50,208 bases of DNA from positions 38,706,467 through 38,756,674 of the forward strand of contig NC_068994.1 of assembly GCF_001194135.2 (NCBI RefSeq), in the 5' to 3' direction. The DNA is from Octopus bimaculoides (Eukaryota). Below are positions 25,551 through 35,999 of this stretch, piece after piece (position 1 is the first letter of the stretch; every line of letters begins with the position of its first letter). The position numbers and the translations under genes are program-made. The notes below the pieces were generated by a model. The model had not been told where the DNA came from. It ran no database searches and saw only the letters and a program-made list of their open reading frames with translations.

Positions 25551-25649
25551 TTAATGCATCTCTGAAGAGTGGAATTACTGATAATAAGATGATCTTTAGA
25601 TCACTTTGTGATTATAGTAATATCCGCGAAACGATCGTAAGATATTTAA
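25551..25649 (+). ncRNA. Type I hammerhead ribozyme motif, minimal stem III (Penelope/retrozyme-like), long stem II
   Basis: ATCT(25558-61) pairs with AGAT(25640-43) as stem I. Core CTGAAGA at 25562-68. A 59-nt stem II hairpin (25569-25627, about 24 bp) is closed by G-C. GAAA at 25628-31, then AC-GATC-GT stem III, with a GUA cleavage triplet (cut predicted after 25639). All invariant core bases are present. Confidence 0.9.
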
Positions 25650-26386
25650 CTCTTTAAATTTTAGGTTCCTTTATATTTTATATTTTAGACTTTACAATAT
25701 TCATGCCTAATTACGCATAAATTTTTATACGTATATATATTCACACATATATTTATCTATATTCAGATTTTTATATATATTGATATTTATATTTCGTATA
25801 TTTATGTTTTAAATTTTAAATTTATTATGTTGCCGTGTCATGTTGGATGTATGTCTTTCAAAATATTAAATATTGATTTCCTGAGTATATTATTGATGAG
25901 TTTATGAATTTATTAATAATATAAAAACACATATATACACATTTATTTGCTCAAGATAATTGAGCACTCAACATAAGTTCAGTTATATATTCTTTTAGAA
26001 TATTACTTATAAAAGTTATATATATATATGATAAAGTCTGTAAAATATCAATTTACTAGTTTATTTCTCAATTCAGTAATTATACTTACATTTTCACAAT
26101 AAATATAATCATATTTTTCTCAACACTTGGTAGTTTTTTTCTTTAATGAAGTCTTACCAAATGAAACTTAGCTCAATGCTACCTATTGATATAAAAAAAA
26201 AATCTCCTCACCCAAGAACAAGACTATAAGTATGCAATAATGACAAAAACATGATTTTTTTGTTTTACAAATAAGACAACATACTCTATGCAGGCTTGGA
26301 AAGCAAGGCAAAGATGTGGACCATAGCCAAGACGAAAAGGAAAAAAAATTAGATTTATCATTATCAGTATTATTATTATTTTTATT

Positions 26387-26756
26387 ATTACCTTCGCCTT
26401 AGTGAAGGTGGAGGTATTTTTTTCAGTCATGTTTGTTTGTTTGTTTGTCCATAGACAACATATCTCAAGAACCGCTGGATGGATTCGGATGAAACTTTCA
26501 GGGATGTTTGACCTTGTAACTGGCACAAACTGATTTTGGGATTGATTCAGTACCAGACAAGGATTCTAGATTATTTTTCCGTTTTTTTTTTTACTTAAAT
26601 TTTGAGAGTGATCAGGTTCATTTTTAGTATTCTCATTTGTGAGAGCAGTCGAGTTTATTTTAGATATTCTCATTTTAAAAGTCATCTCTGGCTAATTGTT
26701 GAGAGGACATTGGTGTTGCCCTGGTGGAGGTTTGTGCTCTCTGAGTGCTCTTGTTA
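26387..26756 (+). mobile_element. Helentron/Helitron2-associated non-autonomous element (HINE/DINE-1-like)
   Basis: 5' ATTACCTTCGCCTTAGTGAAGGTGGAGGTA (sub-TIR plus local palindrome), then a (GTTT)n microsatellite. 3' GCCCTGGTGGAGGT sub-TIR followed by a short GTGCTC-TCT-GAGTGC hairpin and T-rich flank. This layout is typical of HINEs. Confidence 0.75.
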
Positions 26757-26764
26757 TTATTCTT

Positions 26765-27211
26765 TTCTATACTAGGCACAAAGCTCAAAATCTTTGGGGA
26801 GGGGGCCAGTTGATTAGATCGGCCCAGTACACAACTGGTACTTATTTTATTGACCCCCAAAAGAACGAAAGGTAAACTCGACCTCGGCAGAATTTGAACT
26901 CAGAACATAGACAGACGAAATACCACTAAGTATTTCATGCAGCATGCTAACGCTTCTGCCAGCTTGCTGCTCTTGTTATTAGGGTGACATAATGGCACAA
27001 TTGTTAGCAGGTCAGGCAAAATGTTTAGCGGCATTTCATCTGTCTTTATGTTCTGAGTTCGAATTCCGCTGAGATTGTCTTTACCTTTCATCCTTTCAGG
27101 GTTGATAAAATAAGTACCAGTTAAGTGCTGGGGTCAATGTAATCGACTGGCCTGCCCCCCGCAAAATTTCAGGCCTAGCACCTATACTAGAAAGGATTAT
27201 CATCATTATTA

Positions 27212-27249
<38 letters not shown>

Positions 27250-27292
27250 CATCATTATTATTATTATTATTATTATTATCATTATTATTATT

Positions 27293-27327
<35 letters not shown>

Positions 27328-27983
27328 TGAGGGCAGTAAGCAGGCAGAATCATTAGCATGCTGGGCAGAATGCTTAGCAGCATTTCGTCTGTCTTTATCT
27401 TCTGAGCTCAAATTCTGCTGAGGTTGACTTTGTCTTTCATACTTTCAGAGTCAATAAATTAAATACCAGTTAAGTACCGGAGTGGATGTGATTGAATCAT
27501 ACACTCCCCACAAATTCCAGACCTTGTACGGTGAGCTGGCAAAACCGTTAATACGCCAAGTGAAATGTTTATCTATATTTTGGTTGTCACTACCATCTGA
27601 GTTCAAATCCGTTGAGGTCGACTTTGCCTTCCATCCTTTCATGGTCAATAAAGTAAGTACCAGTCAAGTACTGGAATCGATGCGATCGACTAACCCCACC
27701 TCACCACAAATTCCAGGCCTTGTGCCTATAGAAGAAAGGATTATTATTATCATTATTGCTGGTGGTGAGCTGGCAGAATCATTAGCATGCTGGGCAAAAT
27801 GCTTAGCAGTATTTCGTCTACCGCTACATTCTGAGTTCAAATTCCACCATAGTTGATTTTATCGTTCATCCTTTCAGGTTAAATTAAATAAGTACCAGTT
27901 AGGCATAAGGGTTCGATGTAATCGACTTAATCCCTTCCCCCAGATTTGAGGCCTTGTGCTTACAGTAGAAAGGATTATTATTA

Positions 27984-28017
<34 letters not shown>

Positions 28018-28060
28018 CATTATTGTAATCATTATCATCATAATCATTACCATTATTATT
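26765..28060. mobile_element. Cluster of five family C SINEs (one inverted, four head-to-tail) with (ATT)n tails
   Basis: Copies at about 26765-26972 (-), 26981-27328, 27329-27529, 27530-27760 and 27761-28060 (+). Each has a GAGCTGGCAGAA-like head, TCTGAGTTC.AATTC, CTTTCATCCTTTC and AAGTACCAG core. Confidence 0.88.
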
Positions 28061-28835
28061 TATGATTTGAAAGATGCATCAGAGGTTTTCTTTCTTAAAT
28101 CACAAATAGTTCAGTTCAGCTTAGAATCCACGCATACAAAATATTCAAGATTAACAAGAGCCTTAGGAAAATCTTCTTACATCTACAAGGTCTTTACAAT
28201 TGATATTTTCTGGAACATGCCTATGTCTTTTCTTATTGGTAAATCTGTCAATGGCTTTATAGAAGTGATAGTGTGTCATTCCATTTATATCAATTACAAA
28301 TGGAATCATAGACAGATTTCTTACATGCCATAATGTTTTTCAAAATTGCTGCAAAGAGTCATTGTATGTCCTTAGCATTTCAGCAGCTCACCTCTTCATA
28401 ACATTACAGCCATTCAGGATTGCCATATCAATTATCAAACCACAATTGTCATTTATTATATGAAAAAAGAAAAAAAAAAAAAGAAGCACATTATGTTTAG
28501 AGTGTGGCAGCGAATCTTCAGTACAGTGTACAGGGTTGGGGTTGAGGTTGGGGTTGGGTCGGTGAACTATCTGTAATGTTGAAGTGCTATAGGGTTTTTA
28601 CATTGACATTTTCTAAGACTGATGCAGGTTTACATAAGTACCGAAAATAATTGAAATAGCATGCTCAGGTATCATCGTCATTGTCGTTGTCATCATCATC
28701 ATCATCATCATAATCATCATTGTTGTCATCATCGTCATTATTATCACGATCATTGTCATCATCAACATCACTATCACAACCACCACATCAAAACTTCTAT
28801 CTTCCTCCTCCTCCTCCTCCTCCTCCTCCTCCTCC

Positions 28836-28875
<40 letters not shown>

Positions 28876-29293
28876 GCCTATGTTTCAATGCTCGCTTGGG
28901 TCAGATGACATTTGTTGAGGCAGATTTTCTGTAGCTGATTGCAAGGTAATATTTTCCCTACTCATATAGTTGTGAACAGCACACAGGCTGGAGATGCTTT
29001 TGCAGAAGATTGCATATGAAAAGCACCGCTTGTATTATAGTGAGATTTATTCACAATCAGTGCATAATGTCTGTACAAGAGCATCACAAGCACACACACA
29101 CACACACAAACGAAACACTTCCAAGTATTTGGTGTTTGCAATACAAGGCAATGTATGTGTGCATGTACCCTCCCCCACACACACAGACACACACACACGG
29201 ACACACACACAGATACACAGACACAGACACACAGACACACAGACAGACACACACACAACACTCACATACAACACACATACAACACACACACAC

Positions 29294-29327
<34 letters not shown>

Positions 29328-29337
29328 NNNNNNNNNN

Positions 29338-29374
<37 letters not shown>

Positions 29375-29630
29375 CCCTGTTGACAGGGCCACAGATATTA
29401 AATAAAGTATTAAAACACTTCTGCAAATTAACAGCCCCAGTTCTGTGAAGCTACTGGATTTGTTGTGTATATAAACAGACTGGCTACTTATTTTTCTGGG
29501 ACTGGTCAAGTGAGTAAGAAACATTTGATGAGAACCCAGTAAGATTTAAAAATCTCTGAAAGCTGTTTATAATTTCTTTTCTCAAACTATGGAGAAATAT
29601 TTAAATTTGCTATCTTTGTATGCCTATTAC

Positions 29631-29792
29631 GTAGGCATGCTTGTATGGTAAGAAGCTGATTCCCAACCACGTGGTTTTGGGTTCACTCCAACTGAGTGGC
29701 ACCTTGGGCAAGTGTCTTCTACTATAGTCTTGAGCCAACCAAAGCCTTGTGTTTGGATTTGGTAAACAGGAACTGAAGGAAGCCCATTGTAC

Positions 29793-29836
<44 letters not shown>

Positions 29837-29868
29837 ATATCTATGTGTGTGTGTGTCTGTGTTTGTCT
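29631..29868 (+). mobile_element. tRNA-derived SINE (family B head) with (GT)n, abutting the mariner remnant
   Basis: GTAGGCATG..TGTATGGTAAGAAG..TTCCCAACCAC..GGGTTCA..GGCACCTTGGGCAAGTGTCTTCTACTATAG..GGATTTGGTA..AACTGAA.GAAGCCC, shared with 35541 and 37269. Confidence 0.85.
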
Positions 29869-30553
29869 CAAATGTAAAGAAATCAACCATTTTTGTGAAA
29901 TGCATCATCATTAGTGATGAAAAATGGATTGTCTACAATAACATCAGTCAAAAACAATCATTGTCCAAGTGTAATGAACCAGCACAAACCACATTGAAAG
30001 CTGAATTGCATAAAAAAAAGGTCATGCTGTCAATTTGGTGGGATTACAAAGGTGTTGTGTATTTTGAGCTGCTTCCAAGGAACCAAACGATTAATTCAGA
30101 TGTTTAATATCAACCTGGAGGAAGCAATCAGTGAAAAACAGCCAGAATTGGCAAATCGTAAAGGAATCATGTTCCACCAAGACAATACTAGACCACACAC
30201 GTCTTTGCTAACTTATGAAAAATTACTGGAGCTTGAATGGGAAGTGATGTCACACCTACCATATAGCTCTGACCTTGCACCATCAGATTACCATTTATTT
30301 CGAAGTTTGCAAAATTCTTTGAATAGTAAAACTTTCAATAATGATGGTTACCTGAAATCGCACTTGCTTCAGTTTTTCACTGATAAGGACCAGAAGTTCT
30401 ATGAGCATGGAATCATAAAGTTGCCAGAAAGATGGCAAAAGGTCATCGAACACAATAGAAGATATATAATTGATTAAAGTCACATTCTTTGTATGAAACA
30501 AAATAACTTTTATTTCACACCAAAGAACTGAAATTACTTTCTTGCCAAGCCAA
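29869..30553 (+). pseudogene. 5'-truncated mariner transposase remnant (D,D34D) with 3' TIR
   Basis: Translated pieces ISDEKWIVYNN, KKVMLSIWWDYKGVVYFELL, MFHQDNTRPH, YSSDLAPSDYHLF and KLPERWQKV are mariner motifs, with 34 residues between the 2nd and 3rd Asp. There is a frameshift or stop near 30105 and a frameshift near 29885. The end 30531-30553 reads TTGGCTTGGCAAGAAAGTAATTT on the minus strand, mariner-TIR-like and followed by TA. Confidence 0.93.
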
Positions 30554-30809
30554 TATATATATATATATATATATATATAATCATAAATATACAGGGATTA
30601 GCATTGAGTTGCTTCTCCAACATACTGAAAATTTAGAAATAGCAGTCAAAGAACCACTGATTCTAAACTACAAATTTTTCTCTAAACGGATGGCGATATT
30701 TATGGCACACATAGAACAAAAAACCGGAGGTTTTTTCATACTGAACTACTTGGCAAAATTGTTAATTATTAATTCTATTATTAATTGACGATTCCCTGCC
30801 CTTATTCTT

Positions 30810-30842
<33 letters not shown>

Positions 30843-31957
30843 ATTTAATTTATATAAGGGCATTATTATNNNNNNNNNNNNNNNNNNNNNNNNNNNNNNN
30901 NNNNNNNNNNNNNNNNNNNNNNNNNNNNNNNNNNNNNNNNNNNNNNNNNNNNNNNNNNNNNNNNNNNNNNNNNNNNNNNNNNNNNNNNNNNNNNNNNNNN
31001 NNNNNNNNNNNNNNNNNNNNNNNNNNNNNNNNNNNNNNNNNNNNNNNNNNNNNNNNNNNNNNNNNNNNNNNNNNNNNNNNNNNNNNNNNNNNNNNNNNNN
31101 NNNNNNNNNNNNNNNNNNNNNNNNNNNNNNNNNNNNNNNNNTATATATATATATATATATATGTACATAGATCAAATCTACTATCCATCAACGGGGGAAG
31201 TTCCTTCAACAGCATTCTATGCACTTTTCTGACTGCCAAATTTTATTTCCATCCCAAGACAATGGTAAAAAGATAGATTGACCCAGATGCCATATAAGTA
31301 GGAAGCAAATTTCTTGATCATGCAAAGTTTCCTGCTGCAGAGACTTAAAATCCCATTGAATTAGATATGTGAACATTTGATCCTTCAACCAACTGCTCAG
31401 CATGTTAACTACTCAACCAGATGCACCTTTCCTTTCAAAGTTATTTGAAATATAATGAAAGTGACTCTCTGTAAGGAGAGATACAGTTAGATAAGGACAT
31501 TATCTTTAACTTTGAAATAATAATTTCCTTACTTTCAGGGAGAGATCTAATTGCAACACCAGAATCAGCTTTTACAGACATATTTAGAATCTGCTATGAT
31601 TATAGATAATTGATGTGTGAATCTATAGAATTATTGCTCTAGCTACTTATGTATTTCAGACTTAAAACAGCATTTTGCATAAAGCTAAAGCTTAATGCTG
31701 AAGAAATGTAAGAATACTTTCACACATATTCGACAACATATATGTAGCTTGCAAAATATTTTTATTATTAGGAGTGTCATCATTTTCTTACCAATAACAA
31801 TGATAATAATAATTGTTTCAAATTTTGGCACAAGTACAGCAATTTCAGTGGGTGGGGATTAACCGATTATATCAACCCCGTACTTGAATGGTACTTTATT
31901 TAATCGACCTTTAAAGGATAAAAGGTTAACCTTAGTGGGATATATATTTTTAGATAT

Positions 31958-32026
<69 letters not shown>

Positions 32027-32953
32027 NNNNNNNNNNNNNNNNNNNNNNNNNNNNNNNNNNNNNNNNNNNNNNNNNNNNNNNNNNNNNNNNNNNNNNNNNN
32101 NNNNNNNNNNNNNNNNNNNNNNNNNNNNNNNNNNNNNNNNNNNNNNNNNNNNNNNNNNNNNNNNNNNNNNNNNNNNNNNNNNNNNNNNNNNNNNNNNNNN
32201 NNNNNNNNNNNNNNNNNNNNNNNNNNNNNNNNNNNNNNNNNNNNNNNNNNNNNNNNNNNNNNNNNNNNNNNNNNNNNNNNNNNNNNNNNNNNNNNNNNNN
32301 NNNNNNNNNNNNNNNNNNNNNNNNNNNNNNNNNNNNNNNNNNNNNNNNNNNNNNNNNNNNNNNNNNNNNNNNNNNNNNNNNNNNNNNNNNNNNNNNNNNN
32401 NNNNNNNNNNNNNNNNNNNNNNNNNNNNNNNNNNNNNNNNNNNNNNNNNNNNNNNNNNNNNNNNNNNNNNNNNNNNNNNNNNNNNNNNNNNNNNNNNNNN
32501 NNNNNNNNNNNNNNNNNNNNNNNNNNNNNNNNNNNNNNNNNNNNNNNNNNNNNNNNNNNNNNNNNNNNNNNNNNNNNNNNNNNNNNNNNNNNNNNNNNNN
32601 NNNNNNNNNNNNNNNNNNNNNNNNNNNNNNNNNNNNNNNNNNNNNNNNNNNNNNNNNNNNNNNNNNNNNNNNNNNNNNNNNNNNNNNNNNNNNNNNNNNN
32701 NNNNNNNNNNNNNNNNNNNNNNNNNNNNNNNNNNNNNNNNNNNNNNNNNNNNNNNNNNNNNNNNNNNNNNNNNNNNNNNNNNNNNNNNNNNNNNNNNNNN
32801 NNNNNNNNNNNNNNNNNNNNNNNNNNNNNNNNNNNNNNNNNNNNNNNNNNNNNNNNNNNNNNNNNNNNNNNNNNNNNNNNNNNNNNNNNNNNNNNNNNNN
32901 NNNNNNNNNNNNNNNNNNNNNNNNNNGATTCCTTAAGGATCGTTCCCATTGTT

Positions 32954-33185
32954 TATATTTCCAAAGTTTCAAATTTATACATTTAAAAAAGAGAAATTCA
33001 ACACCGGAGATTTATCCATTATTTTACATCCAATGTAAACATTTCTGTGTTTGACTATATTCAACCATCAATAGGTTAAATATATTAATCGTCTCACACG
33101 TCATCAGGAATGTAAAATAATGGATAAATCTCCGGTGTTGAATTTCTCTTTTTTAAATGTATAAACTTGAAACTTTGGAAATATA
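32954..33185 (-). ncRNA. Type I hammerhead ribozyme motif embedded in a 78-bp inverted repeat (stem I)
   Basis: Minus strand reads ...TTTTACATTC-CTGATGA(33107-33101)-CGTGT...hairpin...ACACA-GAAA(33045-33042)-TGT-TT-ACA-T-T/GGATGTAAAA... Arms 32954-33031 and 33108-33185 pair at 76 of 78 positions, and the other two are G-U on the minus strand. Cleavage triplet AUU (cut predicted between 33032 and 33031). The pair closing stem II is a C-A mismatch. Confidence 0.78.
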
Positions 33186-33225
33186 TATATATGTATGTAT
33201 GTATGTATGTATATATATACATATA

Positions 33226-33398
33226 CAGGGTGGCCCAAAAGTAGGTTTACAGTTATTCAACTATCTCTTTCACATTCATATATTTGTCAAGCTCCCTTTC
33301 CAGTTTGTAAGATAGAAATATTTAAATGTAATAAAATGTTTTAGAAGAAATTTATAGTGCCTATATGATAACTGTAAACCTACTTTTGGGCCACCCTG
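33226..33398. mobile_element. Tc1/mariner-type MITE (173 bp), perfect 31-bp TIRs, TA target duplication
   Basis: CAGGGTGGCCCAAAAGTAGGTTTACAGTTAT (33226-33256) and its exact reverse complement (33368-33398), each flanked by TA. The interior is AT-rich and non-coding. Confidence 0.93.
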
Positions 33399-33859
33399 TA
33401 TAATACATATATATATGCCTGTACTTATGTTTGTGAGTTGGTAAGCAAACTACTTACCACACAGCCATTTCTGCACCTTCTCACTAAATTATCTAAAAAA
33501 ATTTTTTTTTATAAAGCCATTAAACTTCAGTGGTTGCAGAAACCTCATTTCTGTGATATATAATGGGATTACAAAATAACTCAGATGTCTCATTTTCAGC
33601 TTATAGTTTTCCAATGGACAAAAATCTGAAACAAACTGCTATTTCTTTTTAGATGCTTATTGCTTGCTTTAAATTGTTGGTTCTCAACCCTTTTATGGTA
33701 CCCTTTGCTTCCTATTTTACTCAGATGGACCCTCCTAGCCATTCGATATTTTTTAAAATCCTATTTTTATTTTTAGAATTAAATATTAAGAATTTTATTT
33801 AAAAAATAGTAAAAATATTTTGTGCATTGTAGAAGTATGAACGGTTTACTCTTTTATTC

Positions 33860-34240
33860 TTTTATTCTTTTACCTGTTTCAGTCATTTGGCTGTGGCCAT
33901 GCTGGAGCACTGCCTATAGTTGAAAAAATCAACCCAAGTACTTATTCTTTGTAAGCCTAGTATTTATTCTATCAAACTGTTAAGTTATGGGGAGGTAACC
34001 ACACCAACATTGGTTGTCAAGCGATGGTGGAGGGACAAATACAGACACACAAATACATGACTTTGGCCATGCTGGAGCACCACCTTAACAAGTGTTAGCC
34101 GAAGAAATTGACCCTATTCTTTGTAAGCCTAGTACTTATTCTATTGGCCGCTTTTGCCAAACCGCTAAGTTACAGGTACATAAACACACCAGTATTAATT
34201 GTCAAGTGATGGTGGACATACACATACATGCATACACACA
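33860..34240 (-). mobile_element. G-type SINE tail present twice in tandem
   Basis: GGCCATGCTGGAGCAC..TTCTTTGTAAGCCTAGTA.TTATTCTAT..TAAGTTA..ACACCA..TTGTCAAG.GATGGTGG occurs at about 33897 and again at about 34066. Confidence 0.78.
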
Positions 34241-34316
34241 CACACACACACACATACGACATGTGTGTGTGTGTGTATGTGTGTGTGTGCGTGTGTGTGT
34301 TTCTCTCTCTCTCTCT

Positions 34317-34348
<32 letters not shown>

Positions 34349-35540
34349 TTCTGTGTGTCTATTACAAGTTTAAAAACTGATTTTCTACCAAAAAGAGTAA
34401 TTTAGCTATTAGATAAAACATAGAATGCTGAAATGCATACCAGACCAAAATATCTAGTGGAGTCGATATATTCAACTAAAACTTTTAAATACAATGCTGC
34501 TCTGGCATGAACATAGTCCAATGACTGAAAGCAGTAGAAGTATAAACAGAAACTTAAAAGAGCAAGTTTGATCTTCTTATTCAAATATGCCTTTGTTGTT
34601 GACAAAATCTTTAAAACTACATATGTTCTTGGAAAGGCATGAACAACATGCACTCTTGTTTCTCTTTCACTTTCTTCCATGATAAATATGAGTTTTTGTA
34701 TTTATATAATAAATCAATATTAGATGAAGCACACGTAATTCTGAACTTCAATTAAATTACATTATTCGATGATCACTGGATTGATTACAATTAAATATTA
34801 CTGGCTCTTCAATCAACGACAATCCCTAGGGTAAATACTTTGCCTGCCCTCCATCTTTTTTCAATGGTTGTCTTTCATGAAACTGATGTCATAAGAGCAG
34901 AGTTAATTTCCTGCCTATTTAGTTGATAATGCTTAACTGAAGCAATGTGGAACGTATAAATGGTTTTAAGGATAACTTAATTTGATCAGTTGTCTTAAAC
35001 ATCTCTTAAATATTCCACATTATGAGATGTGCCACAGGAAAATTTTATCAACTATACAATTTGGCAATTAGCTAGATGAATGGGTCATTCCCCATAGCAT
35101 TTTCTTATAAAAGGTCTTAATAGAATTGAATTTGGTAAGCTGTAGCTTGTTATATAACTGCACTTATCACTCCTATTCATATAAGATACACACAACCACA
35201 GGATGAAATAGCTTAATAAGAAGCCATCTTAATTAGATTAAGAGTTAAGTGCTATTTCTTTTAATTATCACCTGTTTTAGTCATCCCAGACCACCGTGAG
35301 CCAATGAGGAATCTTCTATGTGGTCGTTCAATTTGCTAAAAATAGCAGCCAAATCTTTTTCAAAATACACCTAAGACTTAAAATAATGTAGTCTATGGTG
35401 CACTCTAACTGAAAAAAATGATTGGATGGTCACAAATGGAATGTCTTTGATCACAGATATGTTCAGTCAGTGCCTGCTTGGGATTAAATAGTAACAATTT
35501 TAACTCTTCTGTCTTATTAATCAGTCTTAGAATAAACTTT

Positions 35541-35693
35541 GGCTGTATGGTAAGAAACTTGCTTCCCAACCACATGATTCTAGATTCAGTCTCACTGTGT
35601 GGCACCTTGGGCAAGTGTCTTTTACTATAGCCTTGGGTCAACCAAAGTCTTGAGAGTGGATTTGGTAGACGGAAACTGAAAGAAGCCCATCGT
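35541..35693 (+). mobile_element. Family B SINE head
   Basis: Same head and core as 29631 (GGCACCTTGGGCAAGTGTCTT, GGATTTGGTAGACGGAAACTGAAAGAAGCCC). Confidence 0.82.
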
Positions 35694-35714
35694 ATGTATG
35701 TATATATATATATA

Positions 35715-35910
35715 TACATATCATCATCATCATCTTCATCATCATCATTTAACGTCCATTTTCCATGCTGGCATGGGTTGGACGGTTTGACTGAGGTCTG
35801 GAGAGCCAGGAGCTGCACCAGGCTCCAATCTGATCTGGCAATGTTTCTACAGCTGGATGCCCTTCCTAATGCCAACCACTCCGATAGAGTAGTGGGTGAT
35901 TTTTACATGC
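35715..35910 (-). mobile_element. Family D 3' end, inverted
   Basis: CATCATCATTTAACGTCCATTTTCCATGCTGGCATGGGTTGGACGG..TTTCTACAGCTGGATGCCCTTCCTAATGCCAACCAC..TTTTACATGCCA. Confidence 0.8.
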
Positions 35911-35999
35911 CAATATATATATATATATATATATACATACACATATACAGACAGACACACACACATATATACATAAATATATACATGTATGTATATATA

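Noticed and set aside
26981-28060. CRISPR-like or satellite interpretation of the regularly spaced repeats
   Set aside because: The units are about 200-bp diverged SINE copies with microsatellite tails in a eukaryotic context, with no short identical repeats and unique spacers.
32954-33185. Plain MITE or pre-miRNA interpretation of the foldback
   Set aside because: No recognisable transposon terminus or TSD could be assigned and no known miRNA was recognised. The spacer is fully explained by a hammerhead core in exact register with the arms.
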